Below, piece by piece: positions 48,601 through 61,200 of a DNA stretch of 64,000 nt. The position numbers were made by a program, and so were the translations under genes. The stretch covers positions 106,934 through 170,933 of the forward strand of contig NMRA01000059.1 in NCBI GenBank assembly GCA_002633005.1, written 5' to 3'. The DNA is from Phoronis australis. Its lineage: Eukaryota > Animalia > Phoronida. The notes below the pieces were generated by a model. It searched no databases. It was not told where the DNA came from and saw nothing but the letters and a program-made list of their open reading frames with translations. Numbering within the stretch: the stretch's first letter is position 1; the number at the start of each line of letters is the position of its first letter.

Positions 48601-51103
48601 GAGTAATTCATTGACGTGGAAGAAACTGGTCTAATTGGTTACTGTTGCTTCAACAAATTAGTTCGTCACGCGCTCGCATAATATCAAGTAGTAACAAAAA
48701 GTCGGTGTTTACAAGCTCAGAAACCATCTCCCATGTGAGGGTAAACAAGAAAAGCATTTTACAGGTATACTGATCAACCTGCGCCATGTGAGACTAGCAT
48801 CTTTTATCTTGAGACACCAGTCACGTGCAGTTTTATTTAACTTGTACAGCGTTTTGTTATTCTCTTTCTCCTGCCTATAAGTTCCGCGTTCACTTGACAC
48901 TTTTTGGCTTTTTGATTGTCTGAGCTTCTTTTTTATTGTTTCGATAATTCTTTCTGTCGGCTATCCACGCATGCGCGTTCGCTCAACCATCGATCGGCAT
49001 GTTTGAATTTTGTCTCATGGCAGTTCTGCGTGCAACTTCGGAGTATGTTTTTTGTACTTGATTAAATTATACCTATTTTTAACTACCGTAATTTATAAAC
49101 AACATTAACCAATGTTATTTTGAGGATAATTTAACTACGAGCTATCTTCACATCGCACCTTTTATATAAAATATTTGCGTATGAAAGTCATGACGAACGC
49201 CATGCACGACGCTTACCTCACGTCTGCACATCTGATAGTGGTCGTCGGGAAATCTCTCAAGTCACTGCTTGAATGTATATGATTTATTCCTTAAAGAAAT
49301 TTGATAACATGCAACTGGAGATGGACTGCCTTCTGACTATGCTTCCAATTGTTTTAGATTACTTATAAACTTGTCAGGTTTTTTGAGTTAGTAGAAATTA
49401 ACCGGATTTTACCAAGTCGATGATTCATCTCGACCGTGACGCACATGTAGGGTTCAGCGAAAGGACGTGGCAAACGCGCTGTACATAACACACAAAACAT
49501 AACACGAGGTAAACACGATATCTTGAAAAGACTCGCTGGAAGAATGAGGAAATATTAAATGTCCCCTTACCGCTAAAGACACGATTATGCGTTCTTTTGA
49601 ATCTTTACATAGTCAGACGTCATTATCAAGGCCGTATTCAGTACTTGTTATATTAATCTTTATTTATTTATTCACTGTGATACTTAAAATGAGGGTGGCC
49701 TATTCAGTGATAGCATTGCTTTCCAAGAGGGCCCCCAATCTGCCTATTAATAGCGTCGATATAGTGCGAGTCCAAGTCTACATATTCCGCGCTAAATTTT
49801 TCTGTTGAATTAAGAACTAAAAAATCATTGCCTGTGTAAACAACCTTGATTCCTTACAACATTCGATTATCTAAACAAGTGATGAACGAATCATTTTTTC
49901 AACGATTGCTCCATTATTCCTTGCACGCGTCATTCACATGCTGCATGATGTGACAACATTTTCATGTTTAAATAGTAGTTCCGACAAATTTCAAGCTTGG
50001 ATAAGACTCATTGGCAGTTCTAGGATCCAGCCGCGATGAGAGTGAGAGAGGGAGAGAGGGAGAGCTCCAAAGGGAGGTCTATGGTTTGTTGACATCTATA
50101 TACAAATAAGAGGCCCACTGGCGTAACATCTGGCCACGATGATAGAGGGGTCCGCTTGCACATGTAGAATACAGGTCCAACGGCGGATCAGTGTCGCGTT
50201 AAGTTGGTAAAGTTAAGCACAATTTCTAAAGGCTTCGTGTACCTTTTGGGGAGGATACTTTTACGATTCTTGCTATAAAAATGGCATGATTAGTGAGAAC
50301 ATGTTTATGTCAGACGAACTGTATTAATCGTATTGGTTATAGTTGTTACCGTGACTCATTTTAATATCTGTGCTCACTGACTAAGAAAAACTCCCGACTA
50401 TTTCAGCTAAGGTCTCGAGTGATTTTTTTTTTGAAAATCTGCTCAAAGGCACCAAACCAGGGGTAACCATGATTTGCGATGATTAAAAACAAATGCTGTA
50501 TAATTTTTACTCGTCTTGGACCACAAGCAGCTATGTTTGACCTTATACAGACAAAACCAACAAACTGTAAGTCTAAAGAAGTTGTGTTTTGAGGTGCACC
50601 TGTTATAGGACTATGCCATCTCCTTTCTCAATTCGCTACTCCTGGACGTCAACAAGCATTTGCCTTCATCGGTGACGACCACGGCCAGACTCTAGTAGTT
50701 TTAGGCCACAATATCAATACAAAAAGGAACAAAAGTGAAACGATTTGGCATCAATGGATGTCACAAGTAGACACGTTGTTTTGTAAGTGAGCATGCAACT
50801 GTAAATGAGATCGATTCATTTACTGTGCCTGTTTCCCTTTGATAACAAGTTGGTACAACCAATGCCGGAAAACTTGCTGCGTAAAATTTTTTTAGTTGTG
50901 TTTTTTAGAAGTTAGAAGCCATTGTTACTAACCTGAGCTCCTCCACAAAATCCCTGATTGTCGTTGTAATCTTTAGGATTGTCAAACCCGTATCGCCACA
51001 TGGATGCACGGGAGGGCGGGTCAATCATTCGCCCATGACTGTTCACGGTAATTACAAAGCTGGCAAAAACGGAAAGAGAAAAACACAAGGTGTTGAACCC
51101 CAT
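38960..51103 (-). CDS. Secreted AA15-type lytic polysaccharide monooxygenase (chitin-binding type-4 / LPMO_10-like domain), 417 aa, 5 exons
   Basis: complement(join(51103-50933,43741-43610,42446-42337,40793-40657,39663-38960)) = 1254 nt, all GT-AG and in phase. 22 aa signal peptide then N-terminal His (HGRMIDPPSRASMWR), CGG..GKCGVCGDP, TAHHKGYFEF (second His), LPAGLTCRHCVLQW, QEEFRACADVRI. Confidence 0.92.
40657..40793 (-). CDS. LPMO exon 4
   Basis: cactag|YVLELKGGGTRYYL..LPAGLTCRHCVLQWIYHT|gtgaga. Confidence 0.92.
41076..41861. mobile_element. Non-autonomous DNA transposon with long imperfect TIRs and 4-bp ATTT TSD (Sola1-like)
   Basis: ATTT|GTATCGTGGGCCGTTCCGGTGAAAGTGTCGCGCGTAATTA ... TAATTACGCGCGACACTTTCACTCGAACGGCCAACGATAC|ATTT. 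Confidence 0.8.
41933..42158. mobile_element. MITE family A copy 1, 5-bp TSD GATCC
   Basis: GATCC|CATGCGCGCACCCAG ... CTGGGTACGCGCATG|GATCC. Confidence 0.85.
42337..42446 (-). CDS. LPMO exon 3 (second His ligand), not in ORF track
   Basis: ctttag|VIKVTIQITAHHKGYFEFRLSPSEDNLGKVSQTSLN|gtgaga. Confidence 0.9.
43610..43741 (-). CDS. LPMO exon 2
   Basis: ttacag|NQWKVHMGKCGVCGDPYQGPRLHEPG..YANGIIVKEYKSHE|gtaaag. Confidence 0.92.
44400..44475 (+). mobile_element. tRNA-derived SINE head
   Basis: GTGGTGCAGTGATA (A box) ... GAGTTCGAGTCT (B box); no complete cloverleaf. Confidence 0.5.
44712..44954 (+). repeat. Dispersed repeat family B copy 1
   Basis: Homologous over ~245 bp to 57688-57940 (GAGTTTCTAG..CTACAAACTCGAGTAAAATCTC..TGCCAAACATAATTTCGAGTTCCATTTCG). 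Confidence 0.85.
46014..46168. mobile_element. Small MITE related to the 5275 element
   Basis: CAGGGCTGGGTTGCATAA ... TTATGCAACTGAGCCCAG. Confidence 0.6.
46449..47468. mobile_element. Outer MITE with long degenerate TIRs
   Basis: AAGCGCCAAAAGGTTCTTAAACGAGTA ... TACTCGTTTAAGAAACCTTTGGCGCTT; internal TTAATCAACGCG-type subrepeats. Confidence 0.75.
46596..47022. mobile_element. Nested palindromic MITE, ~190-bp arms, 5-bp TSD AACGC
   Basis: AACGC|CAAGGTACCTAAACTACACGG ... CCGTGTAGTCTAGGTACCTTG|AACGC. Confidence 0.9.
48255..48428. mobile_element. MITE family A copy 2, 5-bp TSD TTAAG
   Basis: TTAAG|CATGCGCGCACC ... CTGGGTGTGCGCATG|TTAAG; internal homology to 41933-42158. Confidence 0.85.
50933..51103 (-). 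CDS. LPMO exon 1 (signal peptide and His1)
   Basis: MGFNTLCFSLSVFASFVITVNS|HGRMIDPPSRASMWRYGFDNPKDYNDNQGFCGGAQ|gttagt. Confidence 0.92.
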
Positions 51104-51201
51104 GACAGTTCTACTTGGTTTCCACGGATTATTTGTCTTAGAGCTCGATCCGCTCTGGTCTCCTGGCTTGCCTGTTTCTGGACAACCAAAATACACTCGC
51201 C

Positions 51202-51210
51202 CTATATAAG
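51202..51210 (-). promoter_or_regulatory. Putative TATA box of the LPMO gene
   Basis: Minus strand reads CTTATATAGGGCG about 100 nt upstream of the ATG. Confidence 0.5.
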
Positions 51211-54200
51211 CACTTCTTGTGTCACGTCACCCGACCGGACGCCGTTATTATCGCGTGAGCAACACAGCCAGCATCTACGACCGCTGTGTGTCACTGCGGG
51301 GGTTGTCCAGGACAAAAGAAAATGGTGTAACAACTTGTAGGCCTATCCTCTATAGCACCACTCAGTAGTGAAACATTTTCAAATGCTGACGACAGACAAA
51401 GATCACTATCCAGATCAATGCGTGATCGATTGTCCAGTAATTAAGATGAACATTGGGCTAGTCGAGATCACAAATTAAGTGACGCTTGCACTACGTCAGT
51501 GCAAAAAGATGTTCTCGAAAATTGCTTGACGTTTCAACACTGGATGGTTGTGATAGGATCATGCCTGACTACAACAATGACACTTGATAGGTGTACGTCA
51601 AAAGGTTTTTAATGGATAGACGACAATCGGTTGTACCTGATGGTAGCGTCCGATGAACGGGTAATCCCAGTAATCCCAGTGAAATCGTTTTAGTAAGGCG
51701 TCGTTATATATATTGGAAATAAGCAGAAATTACCCAAACGTAAATTGTTTTAGCACATACAGTTCTGTCACGTGACTAATGGAGTTCCAAAAACTGCTGT
51801 TGAAAAGACGCGTGTGGTTCGTGCCCTGCCGGGGACACCTGTAATTAGAACGCCGAGTGTGAGCCAAAATACTCCATCTTTTTAATTGAAGCGGATCCAC
51901 GACTGAATTTTGTTTCATTTTGCTCAGATAGAGTTTGTAAACCTTCTATGTCCGAAGTGATCACTTTCGAGGAACGCCACCGCGGTACGCGTTTCCTTTT
52001 GTATGGAATCTAGCGTGAACCCACCACTCCAAGACCGGGGCACTTCCAGTGTGCACTTTCTGTTGGGGTACTGTGGGACAACTCTAAACAGATGGTGCCC
52101 AACAATTAGCCTTTTTACGGCCAGGACGATGGGCTCGTATGGACATGAGTTGATCTAAATTACAATGAATCCTGTTTTGCAAATTTAATAATGCAGCTTA
52201 ATAAATTCAAACTTATTTACAAATTTCAATGCAGTTCTAAATTTTAAGACTTCACCCGGTTATTTAAAAACGAGCGAATGATGTCTTGAAGATTTAGTCT
52301 CACGGCACAAATTCCATGCAAATCTGATAAAGTCATAGTTCAGTGATAATCGGGTGTTGCCGCAAAGATGCAGCATACATTAAAACAAGTTCCCATCAAG
52401 ATCCATAGAAACCGTGTCAGTAGATAATTATTTTAATTACCTCTATGGCAAACATTTTAGGATGAAAGACGAAAGACAACTTTGATAACCCTTCTTGTCT
52501 ATGTTATAGATATTGTGTAAGATAGTCACTACCCAAGACAGCTGACACCTATAACAGATATTATGGTCGGTTGAGCAACTGCAGTTCGCGTCAGATTATC
52601 TGGTTCTTGTAAAATTAATTGCAGAATTCACGAGCGAGTGTTATCAACGTTTGATAGTTCTATCTCAGCTAATCCTCTTGAAAAGAACTTTGAACAAAGT
52701 GCAAACACCATGCATAGGAAGGCTGTAGTCATCAGTATTTGCATGAGAACCCGTGGGGGCTATTCTCCCGCTTATGCCTGGGGTTGCCTATATGACGAGT
52801 ACTTTTCCCTGTAATAACAGTTTATTAGCTAAACCTCGGTTGTAAAACGTGTACTGATACATTCACAGACCTCCAGGACATTTTCAACGAGGGTAAAACT
52901 TGATTAAGCGGCGGGGTTGTATGAGTAATCACGTCGAGTTAATACAGTTAACTTTTGAGTCATTGAACAGCGTACGTCATTCACGGAGTTTCACTGCAAG
53001 ATTTTTTATACGAGATGCACGAAATGCATCTTCTCATGTGACGTCAATACTGTCGACATCCGGGTCCGAACTTTGCCCATATTACAAACAGTTTATTGTC
53101 TGAAGAACTCTCCAAACTGTGCTTCGTGGCTGTGACAAGGTGTCTTCACATATAACTATATCGTTATAACCTACAGAGTACTAACAACGACTTCTTTTCG
53201 GTTTCAAACTGCTTTAAAACTAAACGTTGACGTCAGTGCCACCATAGGCTATGGTGCCACTGGAGGGCATCAGCCAGGGGACACAACTCACACTCTTAGA
53301 ACACTGTGAGTTATTTTCAAGGTGTCATCATGGTCGTCCACCGGCATGCATTCGCAGATTAATGTCAATGTAGTACTCTCTTTGAAGCTCAAAGCACCGA
53401 AGATGCAACCCTCAATGACCCCATCTTGGGCCTGAATCAAAAACTGATAACATTACATTACCCCAGGCGCTTGTATTTAACAGGGGCGGATTGATGATTA
53501 GGGTGAATTGGGGTGTTTGCTGAGACTGGAGGGGCCTTAATTAGCGTCCTGGGGGCCTCTAACACAACCCGTCAAATGAAAATACTTTCCTCAATCCATA
53601 TGATCGTGTGATGTTTCATGACCCCGTAAATTGCAATTCCTAAAGTTTCCTTGACGTCAGACGAGTGAGGACAATGAAAGAATTTGTTAGAAAAGGATTG
53701 CCTGGCCGTATAGGAGGGCGCTTTTTGTACCCTAAAGACAAAACAAGGAAACATCAAAACAATTTATGATTTTGGAGGACCAGATATGTCAATTTCCTAT
53801 AATGAAACTCACACTCATAGACAAAAATAGATGGCTGCAATAACTCCATGAAGGGTGAAGTCATCGTTATCTCCTGTCGGGCGTCACAAACAGGATCTAA
53901 GTAACCGGTAACGCTCCCACAATAATGTGTTTGTCGCCGTTTTTCACACTTGACCAGTTACGTCATAGTCAAGAGCTTCCCAAACGATTTTATCTCTACA
54001 ATGCAATAAATGCTACGAGTAGATGGTGAGTAATCAGTGGTTTTCTTTCGTCTAGAAAATTGAATATTCGAACAACAGGTGTAAGATGAGTGTGCATGGA
54101 GTGACGTGGAGTGGATTGGGTCGCTTTGAAGTAGCCTAAGGGCGTGTCGTGACGTTTTGATTAAATCAGTCGTTCACAAATCATACAGGAATAAAGAGAA

Positions 54201-54819
54201 TTTTGGCCATGCACATAACAGTAATAAAAATACATATCAGTGTGAACTTTACTAAATATTTCTCGCGAAGTCCATTCCGTGAACAGTGTTGCACACCTGT
54301 TAATGGTCTATAGCACGACTGTGTAATAATATTTGAAGCGTAAAAAGTTTTTACAAGTGGTTTCTATTTGTCATGCTGATCATGGACGAGCTACTATATA
54401 TGAACGGTAACCTGTCCCATTTCTGTAATTAATGTATTCACCATTTGCATCAAGGAAATAAAAGTTTGAGGTCTTGTGTTTGTAAGTTTGGTTCAAAAGC
54501 GACTGGCATACTGCTCCTCGGATCCGGAAGAAAAATGGCGTCTGGTGCAAATGTGCATCATTCATCAACATTTTTCTTTATTCACTCTTCGTTAGGAGCT
54601 TGTATTATAAACTCAGGAACCATCAAATTTTCAATATACGTAATTCGCGATGTCGGAATGATTGGATTTTTTGCATACAAAATTCGATACCGGTGTAAAC
54701 GGACTCAATACTTGATTTGGATACAGGTTTCTAGTTGGTGTTTAAGATAAAAATTATGATGTGTGGCCTGATTCTTTGATGTTTCGTTCAACCAAGGCCC
54801 TTGTCATCAAAGGTGCGCA

Positions 54820-55026
54820 GCCTGGCACGTACTCTAACAGTATGCGGGACCAAAAAGTGCTGTATGGTATGCGCGCTAACAGTACAGAGGGACCCAAAAT
54901 TGCTGTCTGGTACGTATCTTAAAGTACGGAGGGACCCAAAAGGGCTGTCTGGCACGTGCTCTTTAAGTACGGAGGGACCCAAAAGTGATGTCTGGCACGT
55001 GCTCTAACAGTCTGAGGGACCCAAAA
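54820..55026. repeat. Degenerate ~42-bp minisatellite x5
   Basis: CTGGCACGTGCTCTAACAGTACGGAGGGACCCAAAA variants. Confidence 0.85.
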
Positions 55027-55202
55027 TCAGAACTACGTCTAACGTCACAGTAGTCAAATGCGGCAGAGCAAAAGAGTTATACAATGTTTTTATGTGATAT
55101 CTTGACACCGTTCTGAAAAGTTGCTTATTTGTAACTTTGTGAGAGCCGGGATTGAGAGTCATCCTGCTTTGCCAAGTAGAATGCCAAGGAGCTTAGTGTT
55201 AA

Positions 55203-56633
55203 AGGAGAATGCCACCCAAAAAACAACCTATTTTGTATCAATTTAGATCGAGTAGTTCTACTCGATAACGGCACGTTCGGTTGCGTTACCTGACACCTGA
55301 CGGCAGACGGAGGTGTTGAAATTATCCAATGACGTCATTGGTTTCACACGCAGTCTGTTCAGCAGTTCACAACACGGGTTACTGGTGTCAGCTTATCGCT
55401 TGAATTCATCGTTTAACACCAATAAATCAACAAACTTCGACGTAAAACCCTTAAAAATACACCGAGTTCTTATAGAAACGGTGTTGTTTTATTTCACTGT
55501 TACGGATTTATTGGTATTTGGACACACCGTAGCCTACAAAGTTCGGCAGCCCAATTTACCAAGGTCCGTAGCAGGAGGTTGGGGTCTGTTCGGAGATAAA
55601 TTCGAATTATTCCTCCATGAAATACAAACAAGAAAACCTAGATCTGTGTTGTTTAAACTTGTGATTTTTTGATGAGTTCTATTGAAACGCTTGTTACCCA
55701 GGCCAGTGGCTCGGAACCCGATCAGGCCCGTCGCGGCCGGACTGACTCGTTATCCCGGCCAGTGGCTTGGAACCCGATCAGGCCCGTCGCGGCCGCCAGG
55801 ACTGGCAGGAACATAAACCAGCTTGAGTTGGAAACTAAACCTCCAGTCACGAAAAGACTATAATAGTGAGGCAAAGAAATAATGTACTCGTAATTATTTA
55901 TGTGAATTAGCCACGAAACTGCTTACTACTTACTTGTCAGGGGCCGCAAAGTCGGGTTCCCCATCCACAGACCGTCAAGGCAAAGGTTGCACAGTAACAA
56001 TGATTTGAATAATGTATTTGTATTTCTAAACAAAGGTTTCTCTAACATGTGACCATAGCATATAAAATCGAGTTATTGTTTCACAACACTGAATTATCAT
56101 GCGCTCACACGGCCTCAGTGCCCGGTCAATTTTCCTTTATTGCCGGCATCAAAAGCCGGTAACGCAGTGGTTTATTCATTGCTGGCTTCTCAACATTTGC
56201 ACTCGCAAATGCTCCAAAGGCATTACATCTAATGACACGTAGACTTTAATTGTTTCATTTTTATATAAGCATTGGTTATGATGAAAATAATTCATTTTGA
56301 AACAGAACGCAGAATAATAAATGTCTACATGGCACCTCGCCCGGCACCAATTCCGACTTAGTCAAGAGCTCATCCGACGAAGACTTCATGGGTCAGATCG
56401 TTAGGTTTCACAGGCTATCAGTTCGAACCAGAATACACTGATCAAGAAATACTAGAGAGGCGCCGTGAACATGCACAGGCAACGGAGCGTATGGATAGTT
56501 CTTTGGTTAGCCGGAATTTGTCAGAGAAATCACTGTCGACGAAATACCGGCCACAGACACGGAGATGTTTCACGGTCTCATAACTTGCTATTAACAGCGT
56601 ACCTTTCATTCTTCACTACCGCAAGCCACTTCC
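55203..56633 (+). mobile_element. Kolobok-like transposon remnant with decayed KolX / P2X7-ballast-like coding fragment
   Basis: TTAA|AGGAGAATGCCACCC terminus; 56401-56560 encodes GYQFEPEYTDQEILER followed by frameshifted CQRNHC and IPATDTE; right end not seen (gap). Confidence 0.5.
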
Positions 56634-57687
56634 NNNNNNNNNNNNNNNNNNNNNNNNNNNNNNNNNNNNNNNNNNNNNNNNNNNNNNNNNNNNNNNNNNN
56701 NNNNNNNNNNNNNNNNNNNNCCCTGCCAATGCAATTCTCTTGGCCACGTGTTAAAAAATTGGCTTCTCTGCAGCCACACTTATCAAGGTCACGACTGTTT
56801 TGGTCAGGTGATCGACCTGCGTATTCAGAACCGTAAAACTGAAAGGACTGAACGTCGTTAATGACTTACGAATGTTCACACATTTTCGTTGCTAGTTATG
56901 GCACACGCCTTGGCAAATCTTGACGTCTTCAAACCGCTTCCGAATCCGGCCAGTGGCAGATTAAGGGGGCCCCAGGGGGCCATGTCACCCATTCTGCCGG
57001 TTCCATCTCAGTGGCAGTTCAATGGTGCAAAATCCTGGCTAATATTCTGTCCTTCCCCCCAACTCAAAATCTTGGAACCACAAACATTCCGGCAAAAGTC
57101 TACTCAGCGAAGTTTCCGACTTTCGGAGAAGCTCTGGGCAAGATTATTTGTGGTAGCGGTCACGTGACACATTTCACTAGAAAATTGCGATATTTTAAGA
57201 TACTTCTTCCGAAGAATTGAATTAAAGTTCTCTTTAATTCTTTACCGTATTAGCTGAGAATCAACGGTATCAGGCCGTCAGAGGACTCTGTTCAGTGTCC
57301 CTTTATAATTGCGGTAGTCTGTTATTCAGAGACTTTTTAAGTAAAGGTCTATCGAAAAAGCGTATGGCTGTTTGTGTAGGACGTTCGTGTTGCTTTTTGT
57401 AGAAAGCGTACTCTCTCGGAGAGACGGTTGTCACTCAGGGCTCTAAGCCTTGCTCAAAGGCGTCCGGTCAACTTGAACCCGCGCTCACTAAGCCCAACCT
57501 CAGTTTTATAGTTTCAGCTAATTAAAATTGTATATATTTTTAGATTAGTTGGAAAGTGACCCAATAGCTTTACCGATGTAGATCGATGTGGGCACGGGAT
57601 CTAATATACTGGCGAAACGAATTCGAAATTATTTGTGCGGCGAAGACTTTGCTCGAACGGAATACATTGTCTATAGTTTATGCATAT

Positions 57688-57940
57688 GAGTTTCTAGTCC
57701 GAGTTTGCACACTTGTTGACCCTTACTAAGATTAGCGCTACAAACTCGAGTAAAATCTCTAAAGTTCGAGTACAAACTCGAACTTTTAGACTTATAATGT
57801 TGGGTTTATTATGAACTACAAATTAGGACTAAAAATTATCCACGTACGTGTAAGTCATTATGTAGAATAATAGGAACTTATCTTGAGTTCGCACTAAAGT
57901 AGAGTAGAAAATGCCAAACATAATTTCGAGTTCCATTTCG
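57688..57940 (+). repeat. Dispersed repeat family B copy 2, ending ~185 nt upstream of the PPOX ATG
   Basis: Homologous to 44712-44954. Confidence 0.85.
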
Positions 57941-58124
57941 TGTAAAAAGATTAGATCCCAGGCCCAAGTGCCAGACGGTCTTTTTTCTCTGGTACCCGCT
58001 GCCGCGCTGTCTCTAGGGAACCCGTCAGGCTCTTCATGTTAGGAGATACGAATGTACGTCTATTTCCGAGTGGCAGCTGCGAAATGTGCAAGTCTGTTGG
58101 CTCAAATTGTCAGCTGCAGAAAAC

Positions 58125-58214
58125 ATGAGCACAGCAGTCGTTCTTGGCGGGGGCATCAGCGGTCTCTCGGCTGCTTATTATTTATCAAAACATGGTCTGG
58201 ATGTATTCAAACGG
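58125..58214 (+). CDS. PPOX: PPOX coding exon 1
   Basis: MSTAVVLGGGISGLSAAYYLSKHGLDVFKR|gtgaga. Confidence 0.92.
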
Positions 58215-61200
58215 GTGAGAAGTCTTCGACGTTGCCAATCAGCTCTACCTCTCTGGTGCTGGTCCAGTTTAGACGGTGGTACAAAACGGTGGCACTGTTT
58301 TATAGTGTTTATAATTTATAGACGGTGCCACGTCTGCTTAGCTGTACCTTTTGAGCATAGAGGGAGGTCCTGGTTGCCTTTTTAAAGGCATTCTAATTCC
58401 TTTCAACTTGAACTAACACTCTCATAACTTTTTTCAATCAGTCTTTCGTATAGTTGTTCAAACAAGTCGGCAACTGGCCACTTTTTTCACTGCTTGCTGT
58501 AGGCAGAGGCACAGAACAGTTCTCATAGGTTTTTGCCTATCAGAACACACGTCAATGGACTCTTCAGCCCTTCTTCACTCTGTCAAAAACTGCATGCAAA
58601 GAAAGAAATGTTTTGAGTCATTTGTTGTAGATGTGCTTCTGGTGAATCATATATGAGCCTCTGTTAGCTACTCGCTACCGGGCAATTGCCTATTAGCTGA
58701 ATGGTTAGCACGCTTGCCGGTTTTATGGGGGTCGCTGGTTCGATCCCCGGGTAGGGTAACCTCGGCTATTACTACACATTTCACATCACAAGCCTTACAA
58801 ATGAGAACGGAAAGTTTATTCTCTCTTGTATTTTTGACCCTTTCACTCCCACTGAAAACCAGGCTAAACTAAGAAAAATAGGAGCTAAGAATTGCAAAAT
58901 CAGCACTTTTCACCCCAAAACCACCATTTTGCTGCCGATGCTCGACTAAAGCCAGCATTAAATTCCGAAAGTAAGTTTCTTACTGACTCCAAAAATTTGG
59001 TGCAAATGTACTGTCAACCTACTGTTTTTTGGCAAACCTGGCTTAATTGAGGGCTACCTGAAATCACGTCCAATTTCTCAGTTGCTATCCAGCAATGCAC
59101 AATTGCAACAGTTGGCCACCATCTTGAAGAAGAGTGCAGCTGCAGCCTAGCAAGTGGCCTTTTTCATTCTCAACATGTTCACAAATACAAACAAACATAC
59201 AATACATACAGCTCCCAACTAGAAAATGCCCTAAAGCCTGGCATATCCCTAGATTTTAATGTTTTGGGAGTGCAAATTGGCCATGGCCGCAGCCTAACTG
59301 TTCAGTGCCACCTAAGGGATAAAGCCAAAAGACATCAAATTTAATTTGGTGTAAATGTTAATGATGAGGTCTCATAATTTTTTTCTGTTGTATGTTATCA
59401 CAAAAGTCCTATTACTTATTAGCCCCTCATTCAAAAGTGCAATATTTTTAAAAAATGAATACAACTCAGTATCTGAGCGTTTTATACGAACCCGTTCACC
59501 TTGTAAGATGCGATGTTCCGAAGGTTGCCAAATTTGGACATTTTCCTAGGTTCCTGTATAATTTTATGTCAACTTGCTTTCTACCAGATAATTCTGCTGG
59601 AGTCAAGCTCCAGACTTGGTGGCTGGATTCAGACCACTCACTTTGACGATGGTACAGTATTTGAGCAAGGACCTAGAAGTCTACGGGGGACTGGCAGACC
59701 TGCAAAATCCACACTCAAACTGGTAGGTCATTCAGGAAGTCAGTCAGTGGCATACAAGGGGACCATAACTCCCCTGTGCAAAATGTCCTCGCCCGATCAA
59801 AACTCATTTTAGTTTTGCGGTTAACCCCCCTTCCTGTTTATTACAAAGTCGTCTTAGATTTCTACTCATTTCAACTCCCCCTGGTGACCTAAAGTTTTGC
59901 CTTTGCCCTTCGTCCTGATCAATACTTGTGAGTATGCCAGTAGAGCCAGCACACGTAGGTTTGGGAGAATTGGTGTCACTAAGTTGATAAAATTATTGTA
60001 TTGAGATAACTTTTGTCTTCAGCCTTGCTTTACTGGATAGAATGCTTTTACACATTTGAAGGAAGGGACACTGCACACTGTCAGATTGAGTTGAATTGTC
60101 TGCTTCAACTGTAACGTACCTCACTCCATTGTTACTCTCTGACTTGTAAACTTATTTTGTACTAAATAGCGTATGTGTAGTACAGTGCACACGATTGCAA
60201 TGAGCCAGCGAGAGAAATTGTTGTTGTTGTCATTGTCAGGTGATGCGATAATTAATTTTCATTGGGTAATCAAAAGCAAATGGCTTGGCATGTAGCTCGT
60301 CTCATCCACGTGGATTGAGGGTCGTCAGATGTAAGAAATCCAACAAGTGAGACATTCACCTTACTGCTTTGCGACGCAGATTCGTCACACTTCATTTTAC
60401 AGCTGACATGAGATGTGAGCTGAGCTCATTTACGTTTGATGCACATAGATCTCCATCTTCAGTGGCCTGAATGGCCATTCACTCTGACATAGCTAATGGA
60501 CGTTCACAGTGGTGCTGTTATGGCTTATTGTTGGACTGATCTTAAAATGGTGGATCAGATAACTGTAATCAAACATCTGATTTGCCATCTAATGAGATTT
60601 CATGTGAAATTGATCTAATTTGGACTTTTCCTTTTTATTTTCTTTAGGCTGATGAATTAGGGCTGCGAAAAGACATCATTTCAGTCACGTCAAAGAGCCC
60701 AGCTGCTAGGAACCGCTTTGTCTATTGCAGAGGCACCATACACAAGCTTCCCAACAGTATGTTTGCTCTTCTGGGTTTGAGACTATGACAGCCGATGTCT
60801 GTCTGCTGGTCCAGTTCAGGAAGGAGTGTAATGGCACTAGCTTTATATCACATACATAATAAATATTTTCATGAATTCCTCCTCAAGAAAATGTTTTCAA
60901 AAACTTTCAGCATTTCAGTTCCATGTTGTTACACAAAACTTACCGAGAGTGGCGCAGATGAAGTAGTAACTCATGAGACATTAGACGCGGAATAATGTCG
61001 AGTGGGATATTACTTCATCTATGCCAGTCTAGGTACATTTTGTATTTATCTCATACGTTTCTTTCATAAATTCATCAGATTTTTTAAATACTTCACCCAG
61101 TGTGCTCACATGGCGGATCACATCCTATATGTATATATATTTGCGCAATAGGTTTCAAGTTTTCTCTAGTAAAAGAAACAGTTTTAAATGTAACAATTTC

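Noticed and set aside
38960-51103. LPMO as bacterial contamination or recent horizontal transfer
   Set aside because: It has four spliceosomal introns and animal AA15-type motifs, and AA15 is known to be native to many invertebrates.
51104-51196. N-terminal extension of the LPMO ORF (MYFGCPETG..)
   Set aside because: Non-ATG start abutting the TATA-like box. The ATG at 51103 gives a clean signal peptide ending just before His1.
54774-54812. Possible hammerhead on the minus strand (TTGATGA..GAAACATC)
   Set aside because: Stem II does not abut GAAA; could be a chance 8-bp inverted repeat.
58680-58760. tRNA gene (also 44400-44475)
   Set aside because: A/B boxes are present but the acceptor and anticodon stems do not form; better explained as SINE heads.
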